DNA of 64,000 nt from an uncultured virus (IMG/VR IMGVR_UViG_3300027804_000061) (Duplodnaviria; Heunggongvirae; Uroviricota; Caudoviricetes): IMG/VR virus record IMGVR_UViG_3300027804_000061. One strand, 5' to 3'. The notes beneath the pieces are model-generated. The model was not told the origin of the DNA, did no database searches, and saw only the letters and a program-made list of their open reading frames with translations. Positions 1 through 8,832 of this stretch are shown piece by piece (within the stretch, counting starts at the first letter, position 1; each line of letters begins with the position of its first letter). A program made the position numbers and the translations under genes.

Positions 1-53
1 GAGAAAAACAAACCGATCTCCGGGCATCATCTCTTTTAGCAAAATCTTTCTGG

Positions 54-968
54 TCATTTTTCCTCCAAAACGGGCATCAAATTAAGCAGCGCTACCAGCT
101 CCAGCGTGCGGCGTTCCGGACTGATGGTGCGCAGCCACTCTCCCATGTCCTTATATCCTTCCGGAGCGCGCACGATTTGTCCTTTTCCAATGTCATGTCT
201 GCGGGACAGCGCAATCAGTTCTCCCGCGTTGTCATTTTGTGCAATGACGTAGACGGCAGGAATGTGCCTAATGTGCTTCATCCATTCAGGACGCCATGCC
301 ATGCTGGAATTGTTGCCGCTAAATGGACAAATGGTAGGAAATCCATGCTGTGTCAGCAGCATAGTGTCAATCTCTCCTTCGTCAATCAGGACAAAGGGGA
401 TATCCATACGCGCGGCAGCGCTGTTAAACACCACGTTGTTGACGCCTCCCTTTTCAGAGATGTATTTGGCATACGGTTTTTCTTGTTGCTTAAAACCAAT
501 CTCTCGCACCGGGTCAATGCGGTATTTAACGCCGTACAGCTTGCCGTCTACAAAACAAGGGATGGCATAGCGATGATATTTTTGATGATATCCAAGCCGG
601 TATTTTTGAATGGTGCGCAGGGAAAGACCGCGATTGACAAAAAAAGATTCCCGGTTATGCAGATCTTTTTCCAGCTGTTCCACAAGCCCTTCGGCAATAA
701 CCGGTTCTCTGTTTTCGTACGCTTTTGTGTAGCGTCTGCGCTCCACAATTTTTTCTTGTGGAGTATCAATCTTTGCCCACGCTCCACAAAATCGGCACCA
801 TACATGAGGAGGACTTTTTCGTTCAGAAAAATCAATCACCATCCGGTCCCCAAAAGTCTTCCCGTCGTTCGGGCACTGCGCGTGAAACTCCTCCCCCGCT
901 CTTCTCAGGTGCCTCCACTCGGTCCACTGGCGCGGGTTGAGCGGGGGGCCGATTTGGCAGTTCAGCAT
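54..968 (-). CDS. DNA primase (zinc finger + TOPRIM)
   Basis: N-terminal zinc-finger-like CPNDG...WCRFCG; TOPRIM motifs EGEIDT and QNDNAG; lies next to the helicase. Start uncertain (968 or 1004). Confidence 0.85.
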   Translation of the reverse strand: MLNCQIGPPLNPRQWTEWRHLRRAGEEFHAQCPNDGKTFGDRMVIDFSERKSPPHVWCRFCGAWAKIDTPQEKIVERRRYTKAYENREPVIAEGLVEQLEKDLHNRESFFVNRGLSLRTIQKYRLGYHQKYHRYAIPCFVDGKLYGVKYRIDPVREIGFKQQEKPYAKYISEKGGVNNVVFNSAAARMDIPFVLIDEGEIDTMLLTQHGFPTICPFSGNNSSMAWRPEWMKHIRHIPAVYVIAQNDNAGELIALSRRHDIGKGQIVRAPEGYKDMGEWLRTISPERRTLELVALLNLMPVLEEK

Positions 969-2361
969 TTGAGAGTCTTCGTGAATCAAACTCATAAATG
1001 GCACTCCTTGGTCCGTCTCGAAACAACGGAAATCGCAGGCCTTCTTTGCCTGTAAACGAATCCTTTACTACGATGCCTTCTCCAATGCAGCTGTAGGTGC
1101 CGGGGCGATCATGGATTTCTACCTTGGAAAGCGGAGCAGTGATCATTCTTGGCGTTTCTACAATTTTAAAATTGAGAGAAATGCCCAAGTTGGTGCGGTG
1201 CTTAAACCGCACAGAATCCATGCCGTTTTCCAGGCGCAGCGTCTGCTCTCCGGTAATGCGGCCGTCTACAATCTTGGGAGCAGCTTCCTTGCCGGTCTGC
1301 AGCACCACCCACACCACGCGATTCTGCGACGTGGCGTATTCTTTCAGCGTAGTTAGCGCATATCCTACGGCGTCGGTTTTGTTGCTGTCAAAATGCTTGC
1401 CAAACATTTTGCTGCGGCTTAGATCCAGCATGTCAAAGTAGTCGATAAAGATATGCGCATTGATGGGCAGCGCCTGCTTCACAATGTCGTCTACAGTGCG
1501 GCCGGCGCACATGTAGTCGCGAATCAATCCCGCTCCTCGATATCGCATCAGGGCATCCTCCACTTTCTTCTTGTCTGCCGTGCCGCGATTCAGGTCTTCC
1601 CAGCGGATGTCTTTGCTGTATTTGGTAATGCGACGCCACAGCATGACGCGCGGCGGCAATTCTGTAGAGCAATTAAGCACATTGTGCTTGTGGACAATTG
1701 CCCAGTGATCGACTATCTGTGAGACGAACAGCGATTTTCCGACGCCGGACTGCGCAATCAGCGCAGCCAGGATGCCGGGTTCGATCTCTGCAATGTTGTG
1801 CGCCAGCGTGGCAAACACGGGAGGCCAGGAAAGAATTTTGTTGCCTGCATGCAGGATTCTTCTTTGCTCCATGTATTGTTCTGCGTTGCTGTTCCAGCCT
1901 GTAGAGTCGGCAAACGCATCCGGGCGTTCCACGGAATTTCCTGCAATGGCAGCGGCTTGATCCGCTGCATCATGGAGTGTGATGCGATGCAGTCTGAGTT
2001 GATCGACAATGTGCTGAAACTTTTCCTCTCCGGAGACCTGGTCATACGATTCGCAGAGCTGCCGGTAGACCGGGTCGGGCAGGACGGGAATGCCGTCCAG
2101 CGTCCAGCGAGTGGCCAGGCTCAGAATCTCTGCGTTGACCAAATCGGCAGTGGCTCCGGCGTGTCCCAGGCGAGACATCTGCTCGGCCAGGGCCACTGGG
2201 TTGGGAGCCCGTACTTTCTTCAGGGCGTTCCAGGCGGCGCGGCCGAGATGATCTCCGCTTTTCAAGAAGATCTCTTCGGCTCGCTCGTATTCTTCGGGGG
2301 CCTTGTTGGCAAAAGCAACAGCCCCGATCATTTGTCTTCCAAGAAAATGTAACTGGCTCAT
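832..2361 (-). CDS. DnaB-like replicative helicase
   Basis: Walker A AQSGVGKS, STEL motif, Walker B IFIDY, VVLQ motif; 509 aa. Confidence 0.85.
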   Translation of the reverse strand: MSQLHFLGRQMIGAVAFANKAPEEYERAEEIFLKSGDHLGRAAWNALKKVRAPNPVALAEQMSRLGHAGATADLVNAEILSLATRWTLDGIPVLPDPVYRQLCESYDQVSGEEKFQHIVDQLRLHRITLHDAADQAAAIAGNSVERPDAFADSTGWNSNAEQYMEQRRILHAGNKILSWPPVFATLAHNIAEIEPGILAALIAQSGVGKSLFVSQIVDHWAIVHKHNVLNCSTELPPRVMLWRRITKYSKDIRWEDLNRGTADKKKVEDALMRYRGAGLIRDYMCAGRTVDDIVKQALPINAHIFIDYFDMLDLSRSKMFGKHFDSNKTDAVGYALTTLKEYATSQNRVVWVVLQTGKEAAPKIVDGRITGEQTLRLENGMDSVRFKHRTNLGISLNFKIVETPRMITAPLSKVEIHDRPGTYSCIGEGIVVKDSFTGKEGLRFPLFRDGPRSAIYEFDSRRLSNAELPNRPPAQPAPVDRVEAPEKSGGGVSRAVPERREDFWGPDGD

Positions 2362-2846
2362 TTGAACATGTCCTCCAAATCCTCAGCGTCTATACCGCCG
2401 TCAGGCGATGCGTCGTGCGGTGTTTCTTCCTGAGGCGGTCTGTAGCCTGTAGCAGCTTCCACCGCTTTGACAATGGGAAGCTGCTGTGCTGCAGTTTCCA
2501 CGCTTGCTCGAAAGACATCCCACCCCATCAGCTTGATGGCAGTGGATACTTTTAATCGAAGATCCCGGTTGCGCAAAAAATGGGGCACGTATGCGCGCCC
2601 CAGTCTTTGTTCCAGCCATGTCACAGCTTCTTCTGGAATTTCTATTTTTGGACCGGGCTTGTGGTCCAGCTTTCCAAACCCGCGCAGCCAGTATTCCACG
2701 CCGTTGCGCACGTATCCGGAACGAGACACGCGAAAATCGCCATCTTCATCCCGGTATCGCGGCCCTTCGGATTTGGAGATTTTGATCTCTCTCGAGTCGT
2801 TGGTTTCGTCGCAATAATCTCCGAAATCAATGGTGATTTTTTTCAC
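2358..2846 (-). CDS. hypothetical protein (possible replication initiator or helicase loader)
   Basis: 162-aa ORF overlapping the helicase start by 4 nt; function guessed from position only. Confidence 0.6.
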   Translation of the reverse strand: MKKITIDFGDYCDETNDSREIKISKSEGPRYRDEDGDFRVSRSGYVRNGVEYWLRGFGKLDHKPGPKIEIPEEAVTWLEQRLGRAYVPHFLRNRDLRLKVSTAIKLMGWDVFRASVETAAQQLPIVKAVEAATGYRPPQEETPHDASPDGGIDAEDLEDMFK

Positions 2847-2853
2847 AAGTCTC

Positions 2854-3603
2854 CTAGTATGGCTTTACGTCAAAGAACCGTTCCATAAACTTTTCCACAA
2901 TTCTTTCCATGTCTTTGGGGGCGCGAATTACAAACACGGTTTCTTCTGCGCCGGACGTCATGGTGCATTCCAGTTTGGCAAACTCATTTCCCTTGCGGGA
3001 GCCAGCCATCTCTTCCAGCTCCTTGCTGACTTCGTTTTTTTGATCAAGCGCGTTTTTGATTTTCTGCGCATCTTCCTTGGTGATGCCTGTCTTTTTGTTT
3101 TTGTTTACAAAAAGAATGGCGTTGCGCATGTTGGTGGAAATGCGAATGCCGGATTTTGCGCCGTTGTCCGCAATGCAGTGCACTACGTATTCCAGCTCTT
3201 CTTGCGCCGTCACCAGTTGATTGATGCGCAGCTGCGGAAGCACAGAGCAGATAAAATTCTTCAGCTGAAACAGCTGCTGTTCATTGACATGTGATTCCAT
3301 GCCAACATATTCCATGACCATGTGCAGCGATTCGCCTTCGTCTTTTGCGCCATTTTCCCGGGCAACAGAGCTGAACGTGTGCCATTGGTTGTTGAACACA
3401 TCCAGCAGCCGCATGCCAATGGCCATGCGCGATCCGCCGTACAAATTGACCGCAGCGGCCAGTCTTTCCACGTGCGCATCGGCATTGCGCGTGGGATCCG
3501 TGTCTCCTTCTTCTGATGGCAGTCGTCCAACGACTTCATCAATGATGTCAACGATTTGTTGTGCAGCTTCGAAGTGATTTTTTGAAAAGATAGGAAGATT
3601 CAC
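2854..3603 (-). CDS. hypothetical protein
   Basis: 249-aa ORF tightly packed within the operon. Confidence 0.7.
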   Translation of the reverse strand: MNLPIFSKNHFEAAQQIVDIIDEVVGRLPSEEGDTDPTRNADAHVERLAAAVNLYGGSRMAIGMRLLDVFNNQWHTFSSVARENGAKDEGESLHMVMEYVGMESHVNEQQLFQLKNFICSVLPQLRINQLVTAQEELEYVVHCIADNGAKSGIRISTNMRNAILFVNKNKKTGITKEDAQKIKNALDQKNEVSKELEEMAGSRKGNEFAKLECTMTSGAEETVFVIRAPKDMERIVEKFMERFFDVKPY

Positions 3604-4163
3604 TTTGCGTTCTCGTGTAGATATTGTGCAACGCTTTCTGCGTTTGCAAAACGGTAGGAAGACCAGCAGTCTTCCAGGCTGATGTGTCGATATGCCAGCA
3701 TCCTGTCTGATTTGCTGGCAATGGCAACAGTTTTTTTGTTCTTGTCCGGATTGACGGCACGAATCATTTCTTCCATGGCGTACCAGTGCTCCGGCTGCAC
3801 CACGTAAAACAAACTCTTGCTTGCTTTTTTGCGCACGTCTGTCTTGTCTGCATATGCATACAGCACCAGATAGTACGGCACGCCGCAGCGGCTGCTGATG
3901 TGACTGTGCCAGTTTCTTTGCGACGCGTGAAATCCTTCCGTGGACAACGGATCATCTGGATTTCCCAGAAACAAAGATCCTGCTGCCGCTTTAAATTCCA
4001 CGTCCACAACTCGTCCGTTTGTTGCGCGGTATTCTCCGTCCGGGCGACCGCGATACGCATCCGTGCCCAGCAGAAAGGACACGTTGGGAAAGGGAAGCCA
4101 TACGCCCAGCTTGTTTAAAGCTGCGGCAACAGGCTTTCTGCATTTGTCGTCTTCCAGTTTCAT
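3600..4163 (-). CDS. PD-(D/E)XK nuclease, Holliday junction resolvase-like
   Basis: RPDG...VDVEFK and a downstream SQ motif typical of RecU/Hjc-like nucleases. Confidence 0.65.
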   Translation of the reverse strand: MKLEDDKCRKPVAAALNKLGVWLPFPNVSFLLGTDAYRGRPDGEYRATNGRVVDVEFKAAAGSLFLGNPDDPLSTEGFHASQRNWHSHISSRCGVPYYLVLYAYADKTDVRKKASKSLFYVVQPEHWYAMEEMIRAVNPDKNKKTVAIASKSDRMLAYRHISLEDCWSSYRFANAESVAQYLHENAK

Positions 4164-4984
4164 GAGATGTCCGGAATAATTTCTGTAATTTCTCCAACGG
4201 CAAGAGACTCGTTTGTACCATAAACGCGAAACTTTTCATGGCCGGAAGACCATGGAAAACAATGCCCAAAATACTGACACTTTACTGTGGCAGTTCCCGG
4301 CACAACGTCTCCTTTTTGCACGCCTGTTTTTGCATTGGCACGCCTGGCTTCCCGGGGAAAGATTTCATCTGCGCTGGTTTCCGTGCAGCAGAATCCCGGT
4401 CGAATTTCATACAGTGATTCCGGAGGAGCAGCCGGCGCTGCAATTTCCAGAATGGCGGCGTCTACAACTGCATCGTTGTTTTCTACAGCAAAAATAGAGT
4501 TGTTGAAGTCCCGCTGATAGATCAAAAATCCACGCGGCGCATTCAGCAGTTTGCAGTAGGCCATCAGCTGCAGGATGTGTCCGTCAAACGGCTGGTAGCG
4601 AATGGTGTTCTTGATTTCCACAGGCAGCCCGTTGATTACCAGGTCTGCCTGGCCTACCAGCGTGTCATTTTCCAACGGTGTTTCATAATCCACGCTGAGC
4701 AGCTCAGGATACTTTCCCATGCCCCACATCAGCGCTTCCTGCCACACCTGCGCTACGCGATTTCCCTGCTCAAAGCGCTGCAGCAGGGAATAGGAATGCG
4801 GATGCGTGTGTTCTTTTCCCGTGCGTGCGTAATGATCCGCTACGGAGCATCCATACAGCCGGCTGGCGCGAAAGCGGGTTTCCTGCTCTCGATTGCCAAT
4901 CTGTCTTGCCGGCAAAACAATTCTCTCTTTTTGAGAAAGATAATCCGAATGTACAGTGCGAAGAAGTTGTTCAGTAAGTTCCAT
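4160..4984 (-). CDS. Cas4/RecB-like PD-(D/E)XK exonuclease
   Basis: RASRLYGC, GQADL...VEIK, QLMAY and C-terminal cysteines (CC...CQYFGHC) consistent with an Fe-S staple. Confidence 0.8.
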   Translation of the reverse strand: MELTEQLLRTVHSDYLSQKERIVLPARQIGNREQETRFRASRLYGCSVADHYARTGKEHTHPHSYSLLQRFEQGNRVAQVWQEALMWGMGKYPELLSVDYETPLENDTLVGQADLVINGLPVEIKNTIRYQPFDGHILQLMAYCKLLNAPRGFLIYQRDFNNSIFAVENNDAVVDAAILEIAAPAAPPESLYEIRPGFCCTETSADEIFPREARRANAKTGVQKGDVVPGTATVKCQYFGHCFPWSSGHEKFRVYGTNESLAVGEITEIIPDIS

Positions 4985-5002
4985 AGCAATTAGAATGAGG
5001 GC

Positions 5003-5638
5003 ATGCAAGAAGAGCTGAGCGCCCATTTGCTGCCGTATATTGAAAAGGCAAAATCACTTGGCGTCAATGTAGAAGACGTCACAACAATGCATCTGCTGAT
5101 TCAGGCGCTGCGCTACGTAGACGCACGGCTAAAAGCGCGTCGCGCAGGCAGATCTTATCGCCATGAAATGGAAGAATACACAGGCATGGATGAAGCCACG
5201 CTTTCGTTGTGGTCCAAGAGCCCGTATATCAACATTGCATCGCAGATGATCGGCGAGCAGGTTATTCAGGAACTGGTCGAGAAAGACCTGCGCAAAACCA
5301 TCATTGATGTATATGCAAAGGATTCACTGGACTGGTTTCAAAACATGAGCCGCATTGCCAAGGGCGTCAAGGCGCCGGGCGCAAAGATGCCGCCACTGGA
5401 ACGCGATCAGATTGACGCATTTGAAGCGCTGACGGTCACGGAAATGGGGCAGTTGTTTACGCGCATGCTGTTTCTGGATCCGGATGATTCCGACGTGACG
5501 CCGGAAGATTTGCACCTTGCCCGTCAGCGTGCGCTGAAAGGCAAGGCAGTGCGCATTGAAGCCAACATTGTGGACGGAGAGATCAAGGAACTGCCTAGTC
5601 CAGAAACACCGGCAGCTTCACACTCTTCTTCGACGTAA
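5003..5638 (+). CDS. HTH-like protein, possible terminase small subunit
   Basis: Only convincing plus-strand gene in this arm; HTH-like segment TGMDEATLSLWSKSP; C-terminal IVDGEIKEL tail. Function inferred. Confidence 0.5.
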   Translation: MQEELSAHLLPYIEKAKSLGVNVEDVTTMHLLIQALRYVDARLKARRAGRSYRHEMEEYTGMDEATLSLWSKSPYINIASQMIGEQVIQELVEKDLRKTIIDVYAKDSLDWFQNMSRIAKGVKAPGAKMPPLERDQIDAFEALTVTEMGQLFTRMLFLDPDDSDVTPEDLHLARQRALKGKAVRIEANIVDGEIKELPSPETPAASHSSST

Positions 5639-6110
5639 CAACGCGCTTTCCTTCCGTGCCAAAGATTTCATAGAAATACTCCGGCGATTTTTCCCACGCG
5701 TCATACGCGTTTTTGCCGGAAAAATTGTATTCCGCATACGAATCTACTTCAGGAATAAAAAACGAAAGGCTGTCTCCTGGCGCAACATCGTTCAGCAAAT
5801 CAAAGGAAACGTTGAACAGATCTGCAAAGAACGAATCGTTGTACGCGTTCAGCTCTTCGGTTGAATCCGGAAAACGTTCATGCAGCACGTGCGCAATGGC
5901 GTAGTGCAGCATGTTAAACAACGCAACGTCGTTTTTGGCGTTTTCTTTGGTCAGCCCTTTGATTTCAAGACTCAAGCATGCCTGACTGTGGGGCAAAGAA
6001 TCATCTTCTACAAAAACGCGCACGTCTTTTTTGAATCGATTGCGTTTAACAACAACACGATAATTTTTCTTTGGCAATTCAGGTTTGTTCTTTTTGGTTT
6101 TGCTGGGCAC
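5595..6110 (-). CDS. hypothetical protein
   Basis: 171-aa ORF preceded by an AGGAG RBS. Confidence 0.65.
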   Translation of the reverse strand: MPSKTKKNKPELPKKNYRVVVKRNRFKKDVRVFVEDDSLPHSQACLSLEIKGLTKENAKNDVALFNMLHYAIAHVLHERFPDSTEELNAYNDSFFADLFNVSFDLLNDVAPGDSLSFFIPEVDSYAEYNFSGKNAYDAWEKSPEYFYEIFGTEGKRVVTSKKSVKLPVFLD

Positions 6111-6125
6111 ACGTCTCCTGTTTTG

Positions 6126-6833
6126 TTACATGCGTTCTTTCAGCCAGGCAGCAGTCACCGGCATAAACTCTTTGAAGATTTCAAAAAGCTCGTTTGCATA
6201 TTCCCGGATTTCATGCTGTGCTTCCAGATGCATGCGCAGCTCCAGAAAATGCATCAGGTTGTGCGCATCTACTGTGGCAATGGCTTCATACATCATGGCA
6301 AAACCCGGCAGAAACAAACGCGCCTGCTCTCTGGCAATGCCTTTGTCCAATGCGTAGCGGTAGTTGCGCATGGCGGTCTGCTGCGCGTCGTTCCACAGGT
6401 CGTTGAGTTCATCCTGCGTCTGCTGATCGGCGTTGCCGGCGCTGCCCTGCTTGTTGGATTTGGACTGCAGCCGCCATATTGTGGGATCCCACACCTGTGC
6501 GTCGTCAAACTCCACGTAACGTCCGCTTTGGAAATTAAAGCTCCACGTGCGGTGCCGCACCCACTGCCACCACACAACAACCGGAGCCCACACTTTGAAC
6601 TTAAAAATCACATGCTCAAACGGGCTGGTATGTCTGTGGTTCAGCAGATACAGCAGCAGCTTTCTGTCTGCTTCTTCTCCTTTGCTTTCTCCCAGAAACG
6701 ACACGCGTGCGGCGTTGACGACGGCCGTTTCCGGCCAGACGTTGCCGTCGGGATGCGGCATGACGTCAATCAGCTGCACGCCTCCGGCAAACGAGGTGTT
6801 CTTGACTTTGTCTTTGAGGGATGAATATTCCAT
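6126..6833 (-). CDS. thyX: FAD-dependent thymidylate synthase
   Basis: AARVS, HTSPFEH, RHRxxSFNxxSGRY, AREQAR, and LR...AQHEIR motifs. Confidence 0.97.
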   Translation of the reverse strand: MEYSSLKDKVKNTSFAGGVQLIDVMPHPDGNVWPETAVVNAARVSFLGESKGEEADRKLLLYLLNHRHTSPFEHVIFKFKVWAPVVVWWQWVRHRTWSFNFQSGRYVEFDDAQVWDPTIWRLQSKSNKQGSAGNADQQTQDELNDLWNDAQQTAMRNYRYALDKGIAREQARLFLPGFAMMYEAIATVDAHNLMHFLELRMHLEAQHEIREYANELFEIFKEFMPVTAAWLKERM

Positions 6834-6837
6834 AGGG

Positions 6838-7059
6838 TTAAACGTTCCAGGAATTCATGAGCGCGTTTAGTCTGCGATACGTGGAGCTGGTAATCAGCCC
6901 GAGACGAAACGTCACAAGAATTACTTCCTGTGCGCAAAACCAGGTTACTTCCCGATACGTGCTGTAGGGAATACGCTGATTGCAGGCTAGCTGCGCATCG
7001 CGCACACGCAAAAACAGATACTTTTTCAGAAACACGATGCTGCTTGGACTAATTTCCAT
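6838..7059 (-). CDS. hypothetical protein
   Basis: 73-aa ORF filling the gap between flanking genes. Confidence 0.5.
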   Translation of the reverse strand: MEISPSSIVFLKKYLFLRVRDAQLACNQRIPYSTYREVTWFCAQEVILVTFRLGLITSSTYRRLNALMNSWNV

Positions 7060-7324
7060 GATTGTTTTCCTTTAGCCACTGCTCTCGCTTTTGTTCAAGC
7101 CAGTCTGCAGCAGCCAGCATAGACATTGCACATTCACGAAGCTCCTGAGACGGAACGCCAAACGTGCAGCTGGCTTCTTCTTCATTTTCTTCGTCGTTGA
7201 TGTTTGTCGTGCTGAGAAGTGCGTGAGAAAACTCACGCGAGGGACGCCAGTTCATCATCCACATGTTGGTGGCGTGGTTGTGGTCCAGACCGGGCCACAA
7301 ATCCTGCGGGGTAATGTATTCCAT
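7049..7324 (-). CDS. hypothetical protein
   Basis: 91-aa ORF within the operon. Confidence 0.6.
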   Translation of the reverse strand: MEYITPQDLWPGLDHNHATNMWMMNWRPSREFSHALLSTTNINDEENEEEASCTFGVPSQELRECAMSMLAAADWLEQKREQWLKENNHGN

Positions 7325-7327
7325 AAA

Positions 7328-7430
7328 TCATCAGAGGCAGGAATCGAACCTGCTGTCGTGATCTGGCAAAACGGATGTTCTCCGCCCTGGTGTGCACCCA
7401 GACCTGCATCCCAATTGGCTTCACTGATGA
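7328..7430 (-). ncRNA. atypical tRNA-like RNA (GCA anticodon-like loop, long variable region)
   Basis: Canonical T-arm GCAGG-TTCGATT-CCTGC; terminal stem TCATCAG/CTGATGA; stem-loop TCTGG-GTGCACA-CCAGG; extra hairpin in the variable region. Confidence 0.55.
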
Positions 7431-7431
7431 G

Positions 7432-7507
7432 TTGCATGCATGATTTAGCTAAGACCGGTGCCGTGAGCAGAAACGGCGTTTACTGCGTAAGGAAATCATG
7501 CACGCAA
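7432..7507 (-). ncRNA. putative structured small RNA within the tRNA cluster
   Basis: 15-bp terminal stem (one G-U pair on the minus strand) enclosing the hairpin GCCGT...ACGGC. Confidence 0.45.
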
Positions 7508-7508
7508 G

Positions 7509-7581
7509 TGCTTTCGGAGGGACTCGAACCCCCAACCAGCCGGGTAGAAACCGGATGCTCTATCCATTGAGCTACGAAAGC
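7509..7581 (-). tRNA. tRNA-Arg (TCT)
   Basis: GCTTTCG acceptor, D-arm GCTCAATGGATAGAGC, anticodon loop TTTCTAC, T-arm GGGGGTTCGAGTCCCTC. Confidence 0.92.
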
Positions 7582-7584
7582 ATA

Positions 7585-7656
7585 TGCTCCTGGCAGGAAT
7601 TGAACCTGCGACGCAGAGATTAAAAGTCTCCCGCTCTGCCACTGAGCTACAAGAGC
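7585..7656 (-). tRNA. tRNA-Lys (TTT)
   Basis: GCTCTTG acceptor, anticodon loop CTTTTAA, T-arm GCAGGTTCAATTCCTGC. Confidence 0.93.
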
Positions 7657-7665
7657 AATGCGATG

Positions 7666-8031
7666 TTACAGCGCTTCCTGTTCCATCTGTTTCAACTTAA
7701 TGGATCGCTTGTATTCAAACGATCCCATTCCTATGCGCTTTTGCATAGCGCGGTTCAGATGCGATGCGCTGCTGAATCCCGCTTCCAGTGCAACGCGCTC
7801 AACGCTGTATCTGTTGTTGCGGATCATCATCATGGCATCGCGGATACGCAGATCCTGAATATGTTTAACCGGAGTGGTTTGATACAGCTTTGCAAACCAG
7901 ATGTTCAGAGACGCTTGAGACACATCCAGTTCCTGAATCTTGGCAACAATGTCTCCCTTTTGAATGGTTCGATAGTTGTTGTCGCACCAGATTCTTAGTT
8001 GCGTTGCAGCTTCGATGAATTTTTGACTCAT
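7666..8031 (-). CDS. stand-alone AraC/XylS-family DNA-binding domain
   Basis: VSQASLNIWF...TP...RI..A...SVERVALEAGFSSASHLNRAMQKRIG matches the AraC double-HTH signature. Confidence 0.88.
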   Translation of the reverse strand: MSQKFIEAATQLRIWCDNNYRTIQKGDIVAKIQELDVSQASLNIWFAKLYQTTPVKHIQDLRIRDAMMMIRNNRYSVERVALEAGFSSASHLNRAMQKRIGMGSFEYKRSIKLKQMEQEAL

Positions 8032-8075
8032 TTTTAGACCTGAAAAATTTTTTGCCGGGTCTTACATGCCCTGCA

Positions 8076-8148
8076 AGCCTTCAGTGAGACTTGAACTCAC
8101 ACATTCGCATTACAAGAGCGAAATTCTAACCAGTTAAATCATGAAGGC
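8076..8148 (-). tRNA. tRNA-Thr (TGT)
   Basis: GCCTTCA/TGAAGGC acceptor, anticodon loop CTTGTAA, T-arm GTGAGTTCAAGTCTCAC. Confidence 0.85.
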
Positions 8149-8157
8149 CTGCATATT

Positions 8158-8427
8158 TTAGATGTTTTCATTCAAAGCATCAGAAACTTGTTTCCAGTCA
8201 ATGTCTTTGCTGGAAACTTTTACTCCGTCAGGAGTTTCCGGCTTGTTAAAACAGGAACGCATAATTTCCAACGCTGTTTTTTTTGCCAAAACGGGATTCC
8301 AAAAATAGTTAAACTTTTGATGTATTTTTACCTGCTGCATCAGGTACTGATACGCGTTTTCATCGTTGTGAATCCACAGCACAATGTTCCACGTGTTGTA
8401 ATTTTTGTATCCGTTGTATTCAGTCAT
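8158..8427 (-). CDS. conserved phage hypothetical protein
   Basis: YNGYKNYNTW...LWI.NDE motif, recurrent in small phage proteins. Confidence 0.7.
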   Translation of the reverse strand: MTEYNGYKNYNTWNIVLWIHNDENAYQYLMQQVKIHQKFNYFWNPVLAKKTALEIMRSCFNKPETPDGVKVSSKDIDWKQVSDALNENI

Positions 8428-8832
8428 TTACTCTTCTTCTTTTTCGTCATCACGAAAAATAACAGGCGTTTCTTTTCCTTCTGCTTCGTACTGCATCAGC
8501 GCCAGCACGTTCCACACGACGGCAGCCAGATGATCTTCATGGTTTTCTCCGCGACGATACGCTTCCATATGTCGCATGGCGCTGGCCAGCATCTGCTGAC
8601 TGGGAATGCCTTTTTGCCAGTTGTTTTCACCGTATTTAACCGCTCCGCGCGCATACAGCATGGCCACGCGCCACAGCGCATGCGGCGGAATCAGGTCGTA
8701 ACGCGGCTTGTTGATATCCACGTCGCGCACTGCGCCGGTTTTGAAAAATCTGCGCTCTCCGGAATCTTCCGTAATGTATTTCTGGAAAAATTCTTCAAAA
8801 TCACTGCCGATGTTTTTAGGATTAATAGTCAC
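8428..8832 (-). CDS. dATP/dGTP diphosphohydrolase-like protein (DUF5664 type)
   Basis: TGAVRD..KPRYDLIP, GAVKY..NNWQKG, SAMRH, EDHLAA..WN. Confidence 0.85.
   Translation of the reverse strand: MTINPKNIGSDFEEFFQKYITEDSGERRFFKTGAVRDVDINKPRYDLIPPHALWRVAMLYARGAVKYGENNWQKGIPSQQMLASAMRHMEAYRRGENHEDHLAAVVWNVLALMQYEAEGKETPVIFRDDEKEEE

Noticed and set aside
4160..4984. Cas4-like gene as evidence of a CRISPR-Cas locus
   Set aside because: No cas1/cas2 or array is visible; solo Cas4-like nucleases are common in phage replication modules.
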